A stretch of DNA of 64,000 nucleotides from Glaucostegus cemiculus (lineage: Eukaryota), in contig CDPCPM010000014.1 in NCBI GenBank assembly GCA_976551045.1, positions 12,958,001 to 13,022,000 of the forward strand. Direction: 5' to 3'. The translations under genes were made by a program, and so were the position numbers. Below the pieces are notes generated by a model that saw nothing but the letters and a program-made list of their open reading frames with translations, did no database searches and had not been told where the DNA came from. Each line of letters opens with the position of its first letter. The stretch's first letter is position 1. Below, piece by piece: positions 12,194-24,329 of this stretch.

Positions 12194-13299
12194 CATGTAA
12201 TTCTAACATAACCTCCTGTTATATTCTGTGCCTCAGTGAACAAACAAAGCATCCTATGTGGCTTTTTAACCATATATTCTATCTGTCTGTTGCCTTTAAG
12301 AATCTCCGGACACACACTCCAAACCTTCTTCACCTCACTTCTCAATATCATCCCATTTGTTTTATGTTCCCTGCCATGCTGCACCTCTACAAAGGCATTA
12401 TCTCACCCATCCCTGGATTAAATTCTATTTGCCACTTTTCTGCCTGACTGCCAATACCATTTGTATGCTCCTGAAGTCAAAGGATTTTTTTTTCCTCCCA
12501 GTCAGCCACATGGCAAATTTTTGTATCATCTGAAAATGTCTTTATTGTGCCCTCTACATTTAAGTCTAAATCAAAAATGTAGGTGACTGAATGCTTGGAA
12601 ACAGAAAAAGAATAATGTTGGTCTGGAAATCTGCTCACATATCTCCAAACAAAACTGCATTGTACTTTTGAAAATTGAGCTAATGTGGAGCACAGTATCT
12701 TACACATTTTTCTGGGCATGTTCATGCCCATCTGTAAAATCGTGTCACCATTTTTCAGTAAGAACTTTGTCCTTGCGAGCACTATATTTATTAAGTTAAC
12801 CTTCCCCAAATGACATTGGTAATGTATCACCCAAAATTTATCACCAGGAAGATTTTCAATCACATTGGTTTGAAAAATGTTGGTCCTTGCTCACTCACAA
12901 ACCAACCAATTTTAACTAACAGTGAAGGCTCAAAAGTGTTATTTGATGTGTCAACTACACTCAAACTGCATGAAACAATCTAATTATGAACACCAGTTTA
13001 CACACTCATAACTAACTCTGCTCAGTGCTCACATAAACATTGAGTCTTCCTTGCTGTAACACTTTGCTATAACCAAAATTGACTTAAAACAGCTTTTGTC
13101 TAGAGCAAAACTGGAAGTCCTATAGACTAAAATAGTATCACTACGATGGATCCTGTAGAGCAGCCTACAGATGAAATCTCATGGTGTGCATTAGGAAATG
13201 TTTGATACATTGGTAGGCCCACCAGTAAGCCAGCATGCAGAGTCAATGAGCGTGGAGGAGACCAACACTAGAATTGCAGAGGGTTTATCGCTAATCAGA

Positions 13300-13371
13300 T
13301 AATCCAAAACTAAATACAACAGCAGCTAATCCAAAACTAAATCCAACAACAGCTAATTCAAAACTAAATCC
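13300..13371. repeat. 27-bp minisatellite, about 2.6 copies
   Basis: taatccaaaactaaat(a/c)caaca(g/a)cagc units starting at 13300, 13327 and 13354 (third partial). Confidence 0.85.
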
Positions 13372-14317
13372 TAAACCAGCTGCCTATATCCTCTGCACCA
13401 GATCCATTCACATATGCCCTGTGTCCTTGTTAACTTACATTGACTCACAGTTTTTGCAATATTACAAATTTAAAATTTTATACATAAGGAAAACATCATT
13501 CCACTCTGTGAGACCTTGGAGTATTACAAACTACCCTTCTTTTAATTGTTACTCTTATTCCACACCTTTTTCCCCAACACCTCACCCAGCAATCTCCATT
13601 ACCCCCTGCCCACACCTGAAATCCAGGCCCTGAAACATATCTAATTGCTGGAAAATGTTTCTATCTAGCAGATGCCTAGGTCCTATTACTTGCAATCTGA
13701 TTTGACTTCCATTTATTCTTGGTTAACATATTTGTGATGTATCAATAATATTATGAACTGTTAGAGGCAAATGCAAGATACAAATGCAAGTTATTATTAC
13801 CACTATGGTTGAGGACCTATCCCTGTCACTATGTGCCCTGACAGCCCTGCAGTGTTGATCATGTGAGACCCCCATTAAGAGATACAACAGAATGGCATGA
13901 AAAGAACCACACATTTCCATTGCAGTGTTTCAAATACAACCTTACCAATGACTTAATCAGTTAAAATAATCAGTTTCAGCAATCTATTGCCCTTGTGATG
14001 CAACCCAATACTTAATTAGTCTTGTAGATAATTACCTTACATTGATTAAATATTTGCTGCAATTTTTGTTCTGTCTTTACAAGTGAACACCAATCTAATT
14101 TGTAATCATGAAGGGGATGAAATTGGTAGTGGGTGGTAATGCAAAACAAGCAATGGCAAATCAGCAACCAGTCTTACCATCTGCCTGATGCTTTCTTCAG
14201 TGCAAATGGGATGGCATATGAAACTAGTTGCTGGTGGTTGACCAAAGCTTGCATTGTGCTTTAGTTCAAAGCCTATTTCCTCTCTGCATTATGTTGCTTG
14301 TTTGGTGACATGGTGTT

Positions 14318-14319
<2 letters not shown>

Positions 14320-14348
<29 letters not shown>
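14320..14348. repeat. (TG)n microsatellite
   Basis: Uninterrupted tg run. Confidence 0.95.
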
Positions 14349-14350
<2 letters not shown>

Positions 14351-14689
14351 AGTATGTTAGAATCTGCCTATTATTCCTTGATTCCAATAAATGCTATTGA
14401 TTAGAATAAATATTAGCTATTTGTTGACGAATCTTGGTACCATGGCTTGTAATATTGGAAGGATTGGTAGAACAACATAAAGTGAAGTGGGAGGAGGCTC
14501 ATGTGGATCATAAACTACAGCATAGACCTTTTGGGCTGGATTTTTTTCTATGATATAAATTCTATGAAATGCTATGCTAGAGTATCCTCTACCACATCAT
14601 TTACAGAAATGTGAAACAGAACAGATGTCATAGAACTCAACTTGTCACTGTCCAAGTGACAAAACTTTTATCATTTATCACTTTCTGCT

Positions 14690-14830
14690 TCCTAGTGCCA
14701 AGCCAATTTCCAATCGAACAGGCTAATTTGAAATTCATTAAATGTGTCTTTATATTCCCCTAAAAGGCTTAAGAACAGAATGTTAATAAATGCCTTCTGA
14801 AAATTCCAGTACATTATGTCCACTAATTTA
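14690..14830 (-). mobile_element. old CR1 RT fragment
   Basis: ORF 14692-14901 contains VDIMYWNFQKAF (consensus-like VDVVYLDFQKAF). Confidence 0.6.
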
Positions 14831-15472
14831 GTTCCACAGAGAAAGCCAGTGGAATTGTGAGGAATGACCTTTTTATACAAAGCTACTAACTGCTCCTTCA
14901 TGTTCCTTACATGAGCATTTGCTTTGGCTTACACATTTCCTGTTCAGTGTGTTAATTGCAGGTCTGGCTCCATTAGCCATGTCGTTGAATAGTCAGTATC
15001 CCAGCAAATTTTAAATCCTTTTCTATTTTCACTGTCTCAGCAGATTGAAATTCTCATCTCCAACACCAATGTCCTCAGCATTTTCGAAGCAAACTCATAA
15101 CTCATAATTCCAATAATTTATATTTATTTACAAGTACTCACTAAGGAGTTTAGAATACCATTAGGCAAGAAAGGCACACAGAAGAGCATTGTTTTTGCAA
15201 AATTCTGTCTTATCTTAGTCTACAATTAATTATAAATGTTGCTGCTAGTAAACTTCAACACCAAATCTCAATGGAAACCAGCTGGTTTCAAATCAAACCC
15301 ACTGTCCCAGCAGAACTTCATAGAAAGTACATGCCATGGTGGCCACATGTGGCAAGAGTTTTCACATCTTATCCCATTCATTATGATGTGCAACATAGTT
15401 CAAGTTCAATCCTCAGAACCCTGAACCCCAATGCCCCCTGGAGGTTTCAAGCCTAATTCCCAGCAATGTCTC

Positions 15473-16155
15473 AGAATCAGATTCAGGTTTATTATCACTG
15501 ACATATGTTGTGAAGTTTGTTGTTTTGCAGGAGCAGTACAGTGCAAGACATAAAGATGTAAAAATTACTATAAGTTACAAAAATAAATAGTGCAAAAGAG
15601 GAACAAGATAGTATTCATGAGTGCATAAATCTGATGTTGGTTGAGAAGAAGCTGTTTCTGAAATGTTGAGTGTGGGTCTTCAGGCTCCTGTCCCTCCTCC
15701 CCGATGGTAGTAATGTGAAGAGGGCATGTCCTGGGTGGTGAGGATCCTTAATGATGGATGCCACCTTCTTGAGGCACCACCTCTTGAAGATGTCCTCAAT
15801 GGCGGGGAGGATTGTGCCTGTGATGGAGATGGCTGAGTCTACAACCCTCTGCAGCCTCTTTTGTTCCTGCTCAGTGGAGCCTCCATACAAGGCAGTGATG
15901 CAATCAGTGAGAATGCTCTCCACCATACATCTGTAGAAATTTCCAAGAGTTTTTGGTGACATACCAAATCTCCTCAAACTCCTAATAAAGTAGAACCACT
16001 GGTGTGCCTTCTTTGTGATTGCATCAACGTGTTGGGTCCAGGACAGGTCCTCTGAGATGTTGACACCCAGGAACTTGAAGCTGCTCACCCTTTCCAATGC
16101 TGACTCCTCAATGAAGACTGGTCTGTGTTCTCCCCACTTCCCCTTCCTCAAGTCC
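15473..16155 (-). mobile_element. Rex1/Babar LINE, 5'-truncated
   Basis: ORF 15615-16175 reads [19 protein letters not shown]...HPGHALFTLLPSGRR...NSFF; tail AATAAA followed by ctgaat/ctgatt repeats. Confidence 0.9.
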
Positions 16156-17969
16156 ACATTGTCTGCCAGATACACATTGTCTGCCAGATTCCAGATATTT
16201 GGACAAATGAAAAAGAATTAAAATCCTCTGGAGAAGAAAGTATTGACTTTATAATGCTTTTATTTGTCTGCTGTTTGTGTACTTAAGAACAATTAGACTC
16301 AGAATGGACTTTGTTGAATTCTGTGGTTTTTATGTTAAATAATTGTAATAACAGCACCTTTCTGAAGTGCTTTTCATGTTGTAAAATATTCCAACATTCT
16401 TCAGCTATCGCTGAAAATTTTCTGTTCACTTAAAGGAGGAGAGATGGGAAGTTCAGGAGAGTAATATCCCTAATAAATGGGACATAAACATTTGTCCCTA
16501 TGGGACAAAACCATTGACAACACAGTGGGTATAAAGAGCATTCAAAGAAAGAGTTAAATACGCTTCTTTTTGACGGTTATAGTTGAGTCATTATGATTTG
16601 GAATACTATTTTCTGCTGCAAAGAATGACATGCTCAGGGAGAAGGACCCGTATTTTATTGAAAGGTCACAGTGCCGAATACTTGGCAGGTGCAGCACATT
16701 TCAAATGTCCTTTCCTCACTTCGCTTTCCTGCATTTATTTTGCAGTAATATTTTATTTCTGACTTTATTTTGTTTTATACCTTTGTCATCTATTGTGTTC
16801 TTATTCCCACTTATCATATTCTGCATTTTTACTCATTTTTAATTAGTATTTTGAGTGATCCCAAAATGTAATTACCCTCATTTCTGTTTTCTGACATCTA
16901 TTTCACTTGGGACTTCTAATCTCACTTGCTTTCCTTTTCTTTATCTTAGTGATTTCACAAATTCTGAATGATCCTTTGATCCAAGATTATGTTTAATGTT
17001 TCTCTAATACATGTGAACATTTTAGTTTTTCCTTCCACCTGTCTTCAGTTTTGTTTTCTTTCTATTATTTCCTTTACTCTGTACAATTTTTATTTCCATC
17101 TCATTTCTTCCACCACCATTACGCTGTGCTCCCCCACCACTTTATTCTCCAATTTTTCTATTGGTATACATTTTCTTCAAAGAGTTTAAGCAATTACGTC
17201 TTCGTTTTTCTTTGACTCACTCATTGGGGTGGGAGGAGAGGGGGAAGAAAAGTGAAAAGCCAATATTGCTTTTCTGGTACATTTAATAAACAGAATAAAT
17301 TAACTATAATGGAGTTATGAATAAGACTAGAAATTCATGTAACATGGATTTATCTGTATCTTTAACGCTTGGGATGATGTCATTCATGTATCACTTCTTT
17401 CAGAACATTGTGATAAACATAGGATTAAATTGTCCTGGAAGCAAACATTGATGATCACTCCTGGCACAGTAACATTTCATTAAGACAGCACTGGATCAGG
17501 ACCAATGTAAGGTTCCTTATGTACCTTTGATTCTTCTGCATTTGCCTGCCTTCCCACCACCACCCAGCAGGTACCAATGCTTACTTTCCCCACTTAACAA
17601 TCTCACTCACAACCTTGAGACCCAGGCTCAGGCCCAGAACTTCCAACCTTCCAATCCTCTGATATTTCTGACTCTCCAATGCCCAATCCTCTGAATTCCA
17701 AGCCCCCCCAACTGACTAAGACCCTCCCAATGTCCCAATCCTCCTCCCATACAATCATATACCATGATCAACCTCTGCCAATTGTACCACCCACCTCCAA
17801 CTATTGAATCAGTTCACATCACCAATCCAGAGATCCCCAAGGCCTCTAATGATGAACATACATAATCACCCACTCCTTGGCCATTTATGTAATTGCTGTT
17901 CTCGATTTCAGATCCTGATCCCTCCAGAGTGCTCTTCCACCTCAATCAGCTCAACTCTCCAGGCCCAGA

Positions 17970-18172
17970 CCTTTCCTGGGTTTCCTCCGGGTGCTCTGGT
18001 TTCCTGCCACATCCCAAAGATGTAGAGGTTAGGAAGTTGTGGGCATGTTATGTTGGCGCCGGAAACATGGCGACACTTGCAGGCTGCCCCCAGAAAACTA
18101 CTTAAAAAGATGTACTTCACTGTGTGTTTCAATGTACATGTGACTAATAACGATATCTTATATCTTATCTTA
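17970..18172 (+). mobile_element. V-SINE, 5'-truncated, Rex1-type tail
   Basis: gggtttcctccgggtgctctggtttcc...gtacatgtgactaataacgatatcttatatcttatctt. Confidence 0.85.
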
Positions 18173-18895
18173 CTTTGGAAAGAAGAATAGAAACAAGGAA
18201 TATTTTATAAATGAAGTGAAAGCTACTGTGCATGGAGATCTGGGTGTCCACAGAAAGTTAGAATGCGGGTACAGTAAGCAGGAAGACCAATCGAATGTTG
18301 CCCTTTATTGCAAGGGGGATTGAAGTCTTGGTCCAACTGTACAAGACTTTGATGAGAACATACCTAGAGTATTGCACACCACTTAGGTTTCCTTATCCAA
18401 GGAAGGGGAAATTTGCATTAGAGGTAGTTCAAGTAAGTTTCATTAGGTTAATTGCTGTGATTGTAGAAGTTGTCTTATGAGGAAGAACTGAGCAGGCTGA
18501 ATTTATACTCATTGGGGTTTAGAAGAATGAAAGATGATCTTAATGAAACGTATAAAGTCCTGAGAAGAAATGACAATGCAAATATTGAAAGGATGCTTCC
18601 CATAATGGGGGAATCTTGAACCAGGGAGCATAGTTCTTAGATGGAATTGGGAAGGAATGTTTTTCTCTCAGAGCATTGAGAACCTTTGAAATTCTCTACC
18701 CCAGAGTTCTGCCGACACTGAATCATTGTATGTGTTCAAGTCTGAGCTCGAAAGAGTCTTGGTCTGAAGTGGAGTCAAGGATTAAATGGAACAGGGAGGA
18801 TAGTGGAGCCAAGAGCAATATCAGATCAAAAATGACATTATTCGATGATGGAGTCATATCACATATTCGTGCTCATATTACTTACATTTTGCATT
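18172..18895 (+). mobile_element. CR1 3' portion
   Basis: ORF 18295-18480 reads MLPFIARGIE..VQLYKTLMRTYLEYC. Confidence 0.85.
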
Positions 18896-19162
18896 CTTAA
18901 GCTGCATATATGATCTATTGTACATTAGGCACAGAGATTAAACATTATTTTTCTCATGAATTTGGTTAAGAAGTTAAACATGAAGGAAAGGAATGTCAAG
19001 AATAAAAAATGGGGGGAGGGGATAAGGACAACAAACAAACACATTCTAGTGTTGTATACAAATCCTTGGGTGCAACAGAAAGGCCATCTTAATGGAGTAT
19101 TAGGGGAGTTTGGAGGTTGGACAAAATCCCCCTATTACAAAGACATGCTGTCTATTTTTGAT

Positions 19163-20412
19163 TAATCCCTGCCTTTCCGGTTATAGATGAATCCTGTCCT
19201 ACAGGACTTTTTTTCCAATAACTTTCCTATCACTGATGTTTGACTCACAGGCCTGTAATTATCTGGCCTGAAAGTCTACTTCAGTAAGGTCCTTGATAAG
19301 GTTCCACATGGGAGACTGCTCCAAAAGATTAGTACCCAAGGGATCCAAGGCAAGTGGAAAAGTGAATCCAAAATTAGCTTGATAATTGGAGGCAGAGGGT
19401 GATGAATGAGGGTTGGTTTTGTGATTGGAAGGCTGTGACCAGTTGTGTACCACTGGGATTGGAGCCAGGATCCTTATTGTTTGTAATATGCATTAACAAT
19501 TTGTATATAAATGTAGGAGGTATGATTGGTAAGTTTACAGATGACATGAAAATTGGTGTTTTTTTGATAATGAGGAGGATAGTTTAAGGTTACAGGAAGC
19601 TATTAATCAGTACATAAAATGTTCACAGCAATGGCAGACGAAACGTAATCCTGATATGTGCCTTGTGATGCATTTTGGGAGAACATACAAAATGAATGTT
19701 TGGCCCTAGGGAGTATTGAGGAAGAGGGACCTCGAAGTACAAGGCCAAGGATCCCAGAAGGGGGCAGCACAGATAGGTAAGTTGGTGAAGAAGATTAAAG
19801 AATATTAGCCTTCACTAGGTTGAGTATAGATATAAGAGCAGGGAGGTAATGGTACAGTCTTCTAAATCATTAGCTGGGTCACAACTGAGTAATGTGTTGG
19901 ACTCTGATCACCAGACTATAGGAAGAATACGATTGCACTGGAGGCTATTCAGAGGAGATTCACCAGGATGTTGCTGGAATAGAGTGTTTCCATTATAAGG
20001 AGAGAATGGAGAGGCTGGGTTTGTTTACTTTGGAGTGGTGGAGGCTGAGGAGTAACCCACAAGAGGTGTATATAAGTATGAGAGACATAGGTAGTGCAGA
20101 TAGTAGGACACTTTGCCCTATATCAGAAGTGTCTAAAACTAGAGGACATAGACTCAGGATATGAGATAAGAGATTTATGGAATAGCTGAGGAAGAATTTC
20201 TCACTGAGAGAGTGGTTGGAATCTAGAATGTGCTGCCAGAGTGGATGGTGGAAGTGGATACTCTTGCAATGTTTAATAAGTATCTGGATGAGCATTTAAA
20301 TCTCCAGGGCATAGAAAGCTATGGACCGAGTGTCGGTAAATGGGATTAATGTGGATGAGTAACTGATAATCAGCAAGGACAAAATGGGTTGAATGGCCTG
20401 TGCTATATGACA
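19163..20412 (+). mobile_element. CR1 3' portion with an inverted 5' segment
   Basis: + strand from ~19270 encodes FSKVLDKVPH, SCVPLGLEPGSLLFVICIN..KFTDDMKIG and the 3'UTR. 19163-19270 is an upstream ORF2 piece (PDNYRPVS..SVIGKLLE) on the - strand. Confidence 0.85.
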
Positions 20413-20449
20413 TGAGAAGCTAATAAGTTTTGAGATTAAAATAAAAATG

Positions 20450-20965
20450 AATGATGGGTACAGTAACATATTGGTCAAGTTACTGCAGCTAGAGTTTTGT
20501 TCCAGAGACACAATTTCAAACCTCACCAAGGCAACTGGGAAATTTAAAGTCAAATAAGCAAATAAATCTGTAACTTAAGCAAATGACATTAATTTCAGTA
20601 ATGGTGACTATGAAAGTACTGGATTGTTGTACAAACCCATTTAGTTCTCTGATGTCTTCAGAAAACCAAATGGGAAATCAGAGAAGCAAATCTGACAATC
20701 CTGACCCAGTCTGGGCTTTATGTGATTCCAGACCCAGCAACACAGGGTCTCAGATCTGAAACTCAGATCTGTTTCTCCTTCCATAGGTAATACCTGGCCT
20801 GATGAGTTTCTCCAGTAATTTCTGTTTTTATTTCAGATTTCCTGTGGCTGCTGTGTTTTGATTTTCCAGTGATGTGCTTGACTCTTAAGTGCCTTTAGTT
20901 CTGAGACCATTAAGGATGGAAAATATATTGCCAGTGACCTCCCGCATCCCATGAATGAATTAATT
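20450..20965 (+). mobile_element. tRNA-derived shark SINE containing a Penelope-end insertion (20741-20868)
   Basis: Same family as 8355-8682; insert agggtctcagatctgaaac...cctgatgagtttctccag. Confidence 0.65.
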
Positions 20966-21169
20966 AGAAGAAAGATCCTTTTGCATAAACCAGAGTTTGA
21001 GAATTTAAGATCACCTATTACATAATATCACCAATTATTCTAGAATAATTCTCATTTGAGTCAGCATTTATTGTAATTATACATCATTATTTAATTTGCT
21101 TTGCTGTGGTACTATTGTACACAATTAGGAAATATTAGATGACAAAAAGTCTATACGAGGACTGAATGC

Positions 21170-21330
21170 TGCTGTCCTTACTGACTGGATTGCACTGACA
21201 GTATGATTGATTTGGACCTGGTGGCCTAACTCAGCTGCCCCATTAATTGGCCTTTATAAATGTTTAATGAAATCAAAAATAAATTCAATCAGCAATTTAA
21301 AACCGCTGAATCATATGAAAAGAAAAAAGG
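21170..21330. promoter_or_regulatory. candidate conserved non-coding enhancer
   Basis: TGACAG (21196) next to TGATTGAT (21204), plus CATTAATTGG and TTTATAAA, in repeat-free sequence. Confidence 0.45.
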
Positions 21331-21932
21331 ACATTTTGATTTATGTTTTATTATACTCTTAGCATTGGTGTGTTAGTTTTATCTGATGTGCAGCATTTCA
21401 AGGTAAAGGCAGAGATTTACCAAGGAAAAGTCATTTTGAATAGCATATTGTTATTTGCTTAAATATATAAATCATTGTAAATATTTTTTTTAATGGATTG
21501 TTATTTTCTATCACTCCATGATTCACAGCAAAATGTATTAAAGTGGAAACTTAATGATTATGTTTTAACAATAGTAAACACTATTTTGTTTGCATCATGT
21601 CTTAGCTTATAGTGAATCCTGAGAGTTAAGATTTTAAACAGCTCCTCTTCACCAGATGACAAATCTTTCAGCTGTATATAATCATTAACAAAGATTCATG
21701 CATCACTTGTTCCTCCTTATATCTGCTGCCATGATGTTCTGACACAGATAGTGCCTTTCAGGATCTGTTTCACAGGTTGTGATGGTCGCTCAGATGAACC
21801 TGAGAATTCCTGTTGTATTTAACCAGTTATGAAATATTCTACTTTTCCTCCAGTAGTTTAGTTGCATTATTCTTTTAAATGCATCCTAGGTAAAATGAAA
21901 TGATAATCTGCTTGTTATTCACTTTATCACAG

Positions 21933-22066
21933 TGAGTTATCATGAAGCCGGTCATTGTGGTTAACTCAAGAAATACACAGTCGATGTCACACTGTGGCTG
22001 CATTCAGGACTGTGGAAGAGCAGTAATCGCAAATCCAGTTCCAGCCGTTCACAATATCTGAACCAA
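21933..22066 (+). other. weak candidate exon
   Basis: Acceptor ttattcactttatcacag|, a CpG-retaining stretch and a weak donor. Stops occur in all three frames, so it would be a UTR or terminal exon. Confidence 0.2.
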
Positions 22067-23189
22067 GTAAATTCCATTGCTGGCATGCAATGGTATTCCC
22101 TTCATCATACGTTTTTCAATTTTGTGATTCATTTTAATCACAGATTTTATGTATTTCTTATATTGATGTATTTTCAGAGCTGGTAGATGCTGAGTGGCTT
22201 CTTGTTCTCTGATTCCAGGATTTTCTCCTCTCTGCCTATTTTTAACTGGTGCCATCACTAACCATGTCCTCATCAGGAGATTGGGCAGATATCTTGAATT
22301 TAGAAAACTCTTAAGCAGCACAACAGTCTAAGTATAACCTGAAATGCATCACTCTCACTTTTTGCTCCCTTTCTTTGATGATTTGTCCCCTTTTTGAATC
22401 CCATCCTTCCTCAATGGGGTGACTCACAATGCATTTAATAAGCAATGGCAGTACACTAATTAACCCATTCAGCTATAGTAAAATGTGCACTGATTTAGTT
22501 GATACTTTAATCCCTATAACATAAATTTTATCACTGTTACAACAGCACTCAAAGAAATTTTCACAAACTTAACACACCATTAGAAAACAAATTGAGGTGC
22601 ATGTGGGAGGCCATGAGCTAAAGCCACATCCTGCTTATGTTGTATTCGTTACACCACTGCGATGCTGGAATGCACCATTATGCCGCTCTAATATTTGAAC
22701 TGTTTCTTGGCAGGAAGTCATTTTAGACATGCATTAAAGTGAAGGTAACTACAGAGGTAAGTGCAATCAATGACAAATTCACACCTTGAAATTAAAGTGT
22801 CACTTTAATCCTCAAATGGCCAGTCTTAAAATAGTCTGCTTTTACCAGCTTCTGTACATCATAATTTTAGTAATATACTTGCTACAAATATTGCAAAAGT
22901 AATTTCAAATAAATCTGTCAGCAATGGTAGGAAAGTGATCACAAGCTGTTCCAGGAATGCTCAAATTTCACTGACTGAGCCATGGAAAAATGCATATAGA
23001 AGGCCAATAAGTGAAAGGCAGGTATTCTTGGATTGTAATCAACTCATAGAATGAGAAAGCACAGCAGAAAGCTATACAGTGTGTCATTTTAGGCCAGCTC
23101 TTCAAAAGAGTTTGTTCCCCTCTCATATTCATTGCTTGCATCTCTGTAATTTGTTCACTCTCTCCTGCTCTTGAATTTGCCTTCAAAGC

Positions 23190-23430
23190 CTTTTATACAT
23201 TGCATTCCAGATCATAATTATTGGTTGCATAATTACATTTCTCTCATTTTCTTTCTCTTTGGTTGTTTTGCCAATTACCTCAAATCTCTGAGCAACGGTT
23301 ACCAACTGTTCTGCCACTGGAAATAATTCCTTATTTTATACTCTAACAAAACTCCATATGATTAGAAATCTTCCACCAGATCTCCCCTTAGCCTCCTCTA
23401 GTCTAAAAAACAATCCATCTTGTCTGATCT
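23190..23430 (-). mobile_element. very old CR1 3' fragment
   Basis: gcattccagatcata...ccactggaaataatt...agatctccccttagcctcctc. Confidence 0.5.
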
Positions 23431-23669
23431 TTTAGGGAAAGACAGTATAATCATACTGCAACCATTGAGACTGTTCAGTCTTTTCCCAAGTAAGTCAAAT
23501 CAGTCACGAAGATGACAGAGTTTCAAGCGTGTATGATGTCCAGTGCAGATTCTGTTTTGGAAAACTTTAATTTGTATTGATCATTACTACTCATGACAGA
23601 ATCAGATGAATACAAGCTGGTTTGTTGAGAGGAATAGTACTTTCAAGCAATATTTGTTCCAAATGACAG

Positions 23670-24327
23670 TAAAATATGGAGTGTGTTTAAACCAACTGCA
23701 CAGAGTACAGGACCGGTATATTCCAATAAGAAGGAAGAACAAGGTAAGGGAACCTTGGATTATGAGAGAGGTGGTGAATTTATTCAAGAAGAAAAAGGAA
23801 ACAAATGTAAGGTTTAGGAAGCTAAAATCAAAGAGAGCCCTTGAGGATTATAAAGAAGCCAGAAAAGAACTCAAGAAGGGAATTAGGAGAGCCAGGAGGG
23901 CCCCTGAAAAGTCCTCAGCAAGTAGGATTAAAGAGAATCCAAAGGCATTCCATACATACATCAAGAGCAAGAGGGGAACTAGGGAAAGGGTAGGACCACT
24001 CAAGGATAAAGGAGGGAACATGTGCTTGGAACTGGTAGATGTGGACGAGGTCCTAAATGAGTACTTTGTGTCAGTATTTACCAAGAACAAGAACATGAAG
24101 GATAGTGAGATCAGTGTGGAGCATGCTAATATGCTGGAGCATTTTGAGATAAAGAAAGAGGTGGTGTTGGGCCTGATGAAATATATCCCAGTTTAGAGAG
24201 ACAGACAGACAGAGAGAGGAAATGAGATTGCTGGGGGTTTGATCAAGATCTTCATATCCTCTTGAGCCACAGGTGAGGTCCCAGAGGACTGGTGACTTGC
24301 TAAGGTTGTTCCATTGTTCAAGAAGGT
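23670..24327 (+). mobile_element. CR1 ORF2 internal fragment (between endonuclease and RT)
   Basis: ORF 23606-24196 reads EPWIMREV..ELKKGIRRARR..IKENPKAF..VLNEYFVSVFT, followed by ATGEVPEDW*LAKVVPLFKK. Confidence 0.9.
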
Positions 24328-24329
24328 AG

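Larger units (their letters stand above)
11135..12575 (-). mobile_element. old CR1 3' portion, interrupted by a MITE and a SINE
   Basis: 3' tail at ~11140. The minus strand near 12500-12570 encodes DLNVEGTIKTFSDDTKI. Confidence 0.8.

Noticed and set aside
13300-13371. CRISPR-like array
   Set aside because: Contiguous minisatellite without unique spacers, in eukaryotic DNA.
21933-21965. SYHEAGH FtsH-like zinc motif, or a selenocysteine read-through frame
   Set aside because: A stop follows within three codons, there is no supporting context and no SECIS was seen; chance match.
23606-24196. 196-aa Lys-rich ORF as a cellular gene
   Set aside because: It is the CR1 ORF2 linker region, followed by a deletion and a stop.
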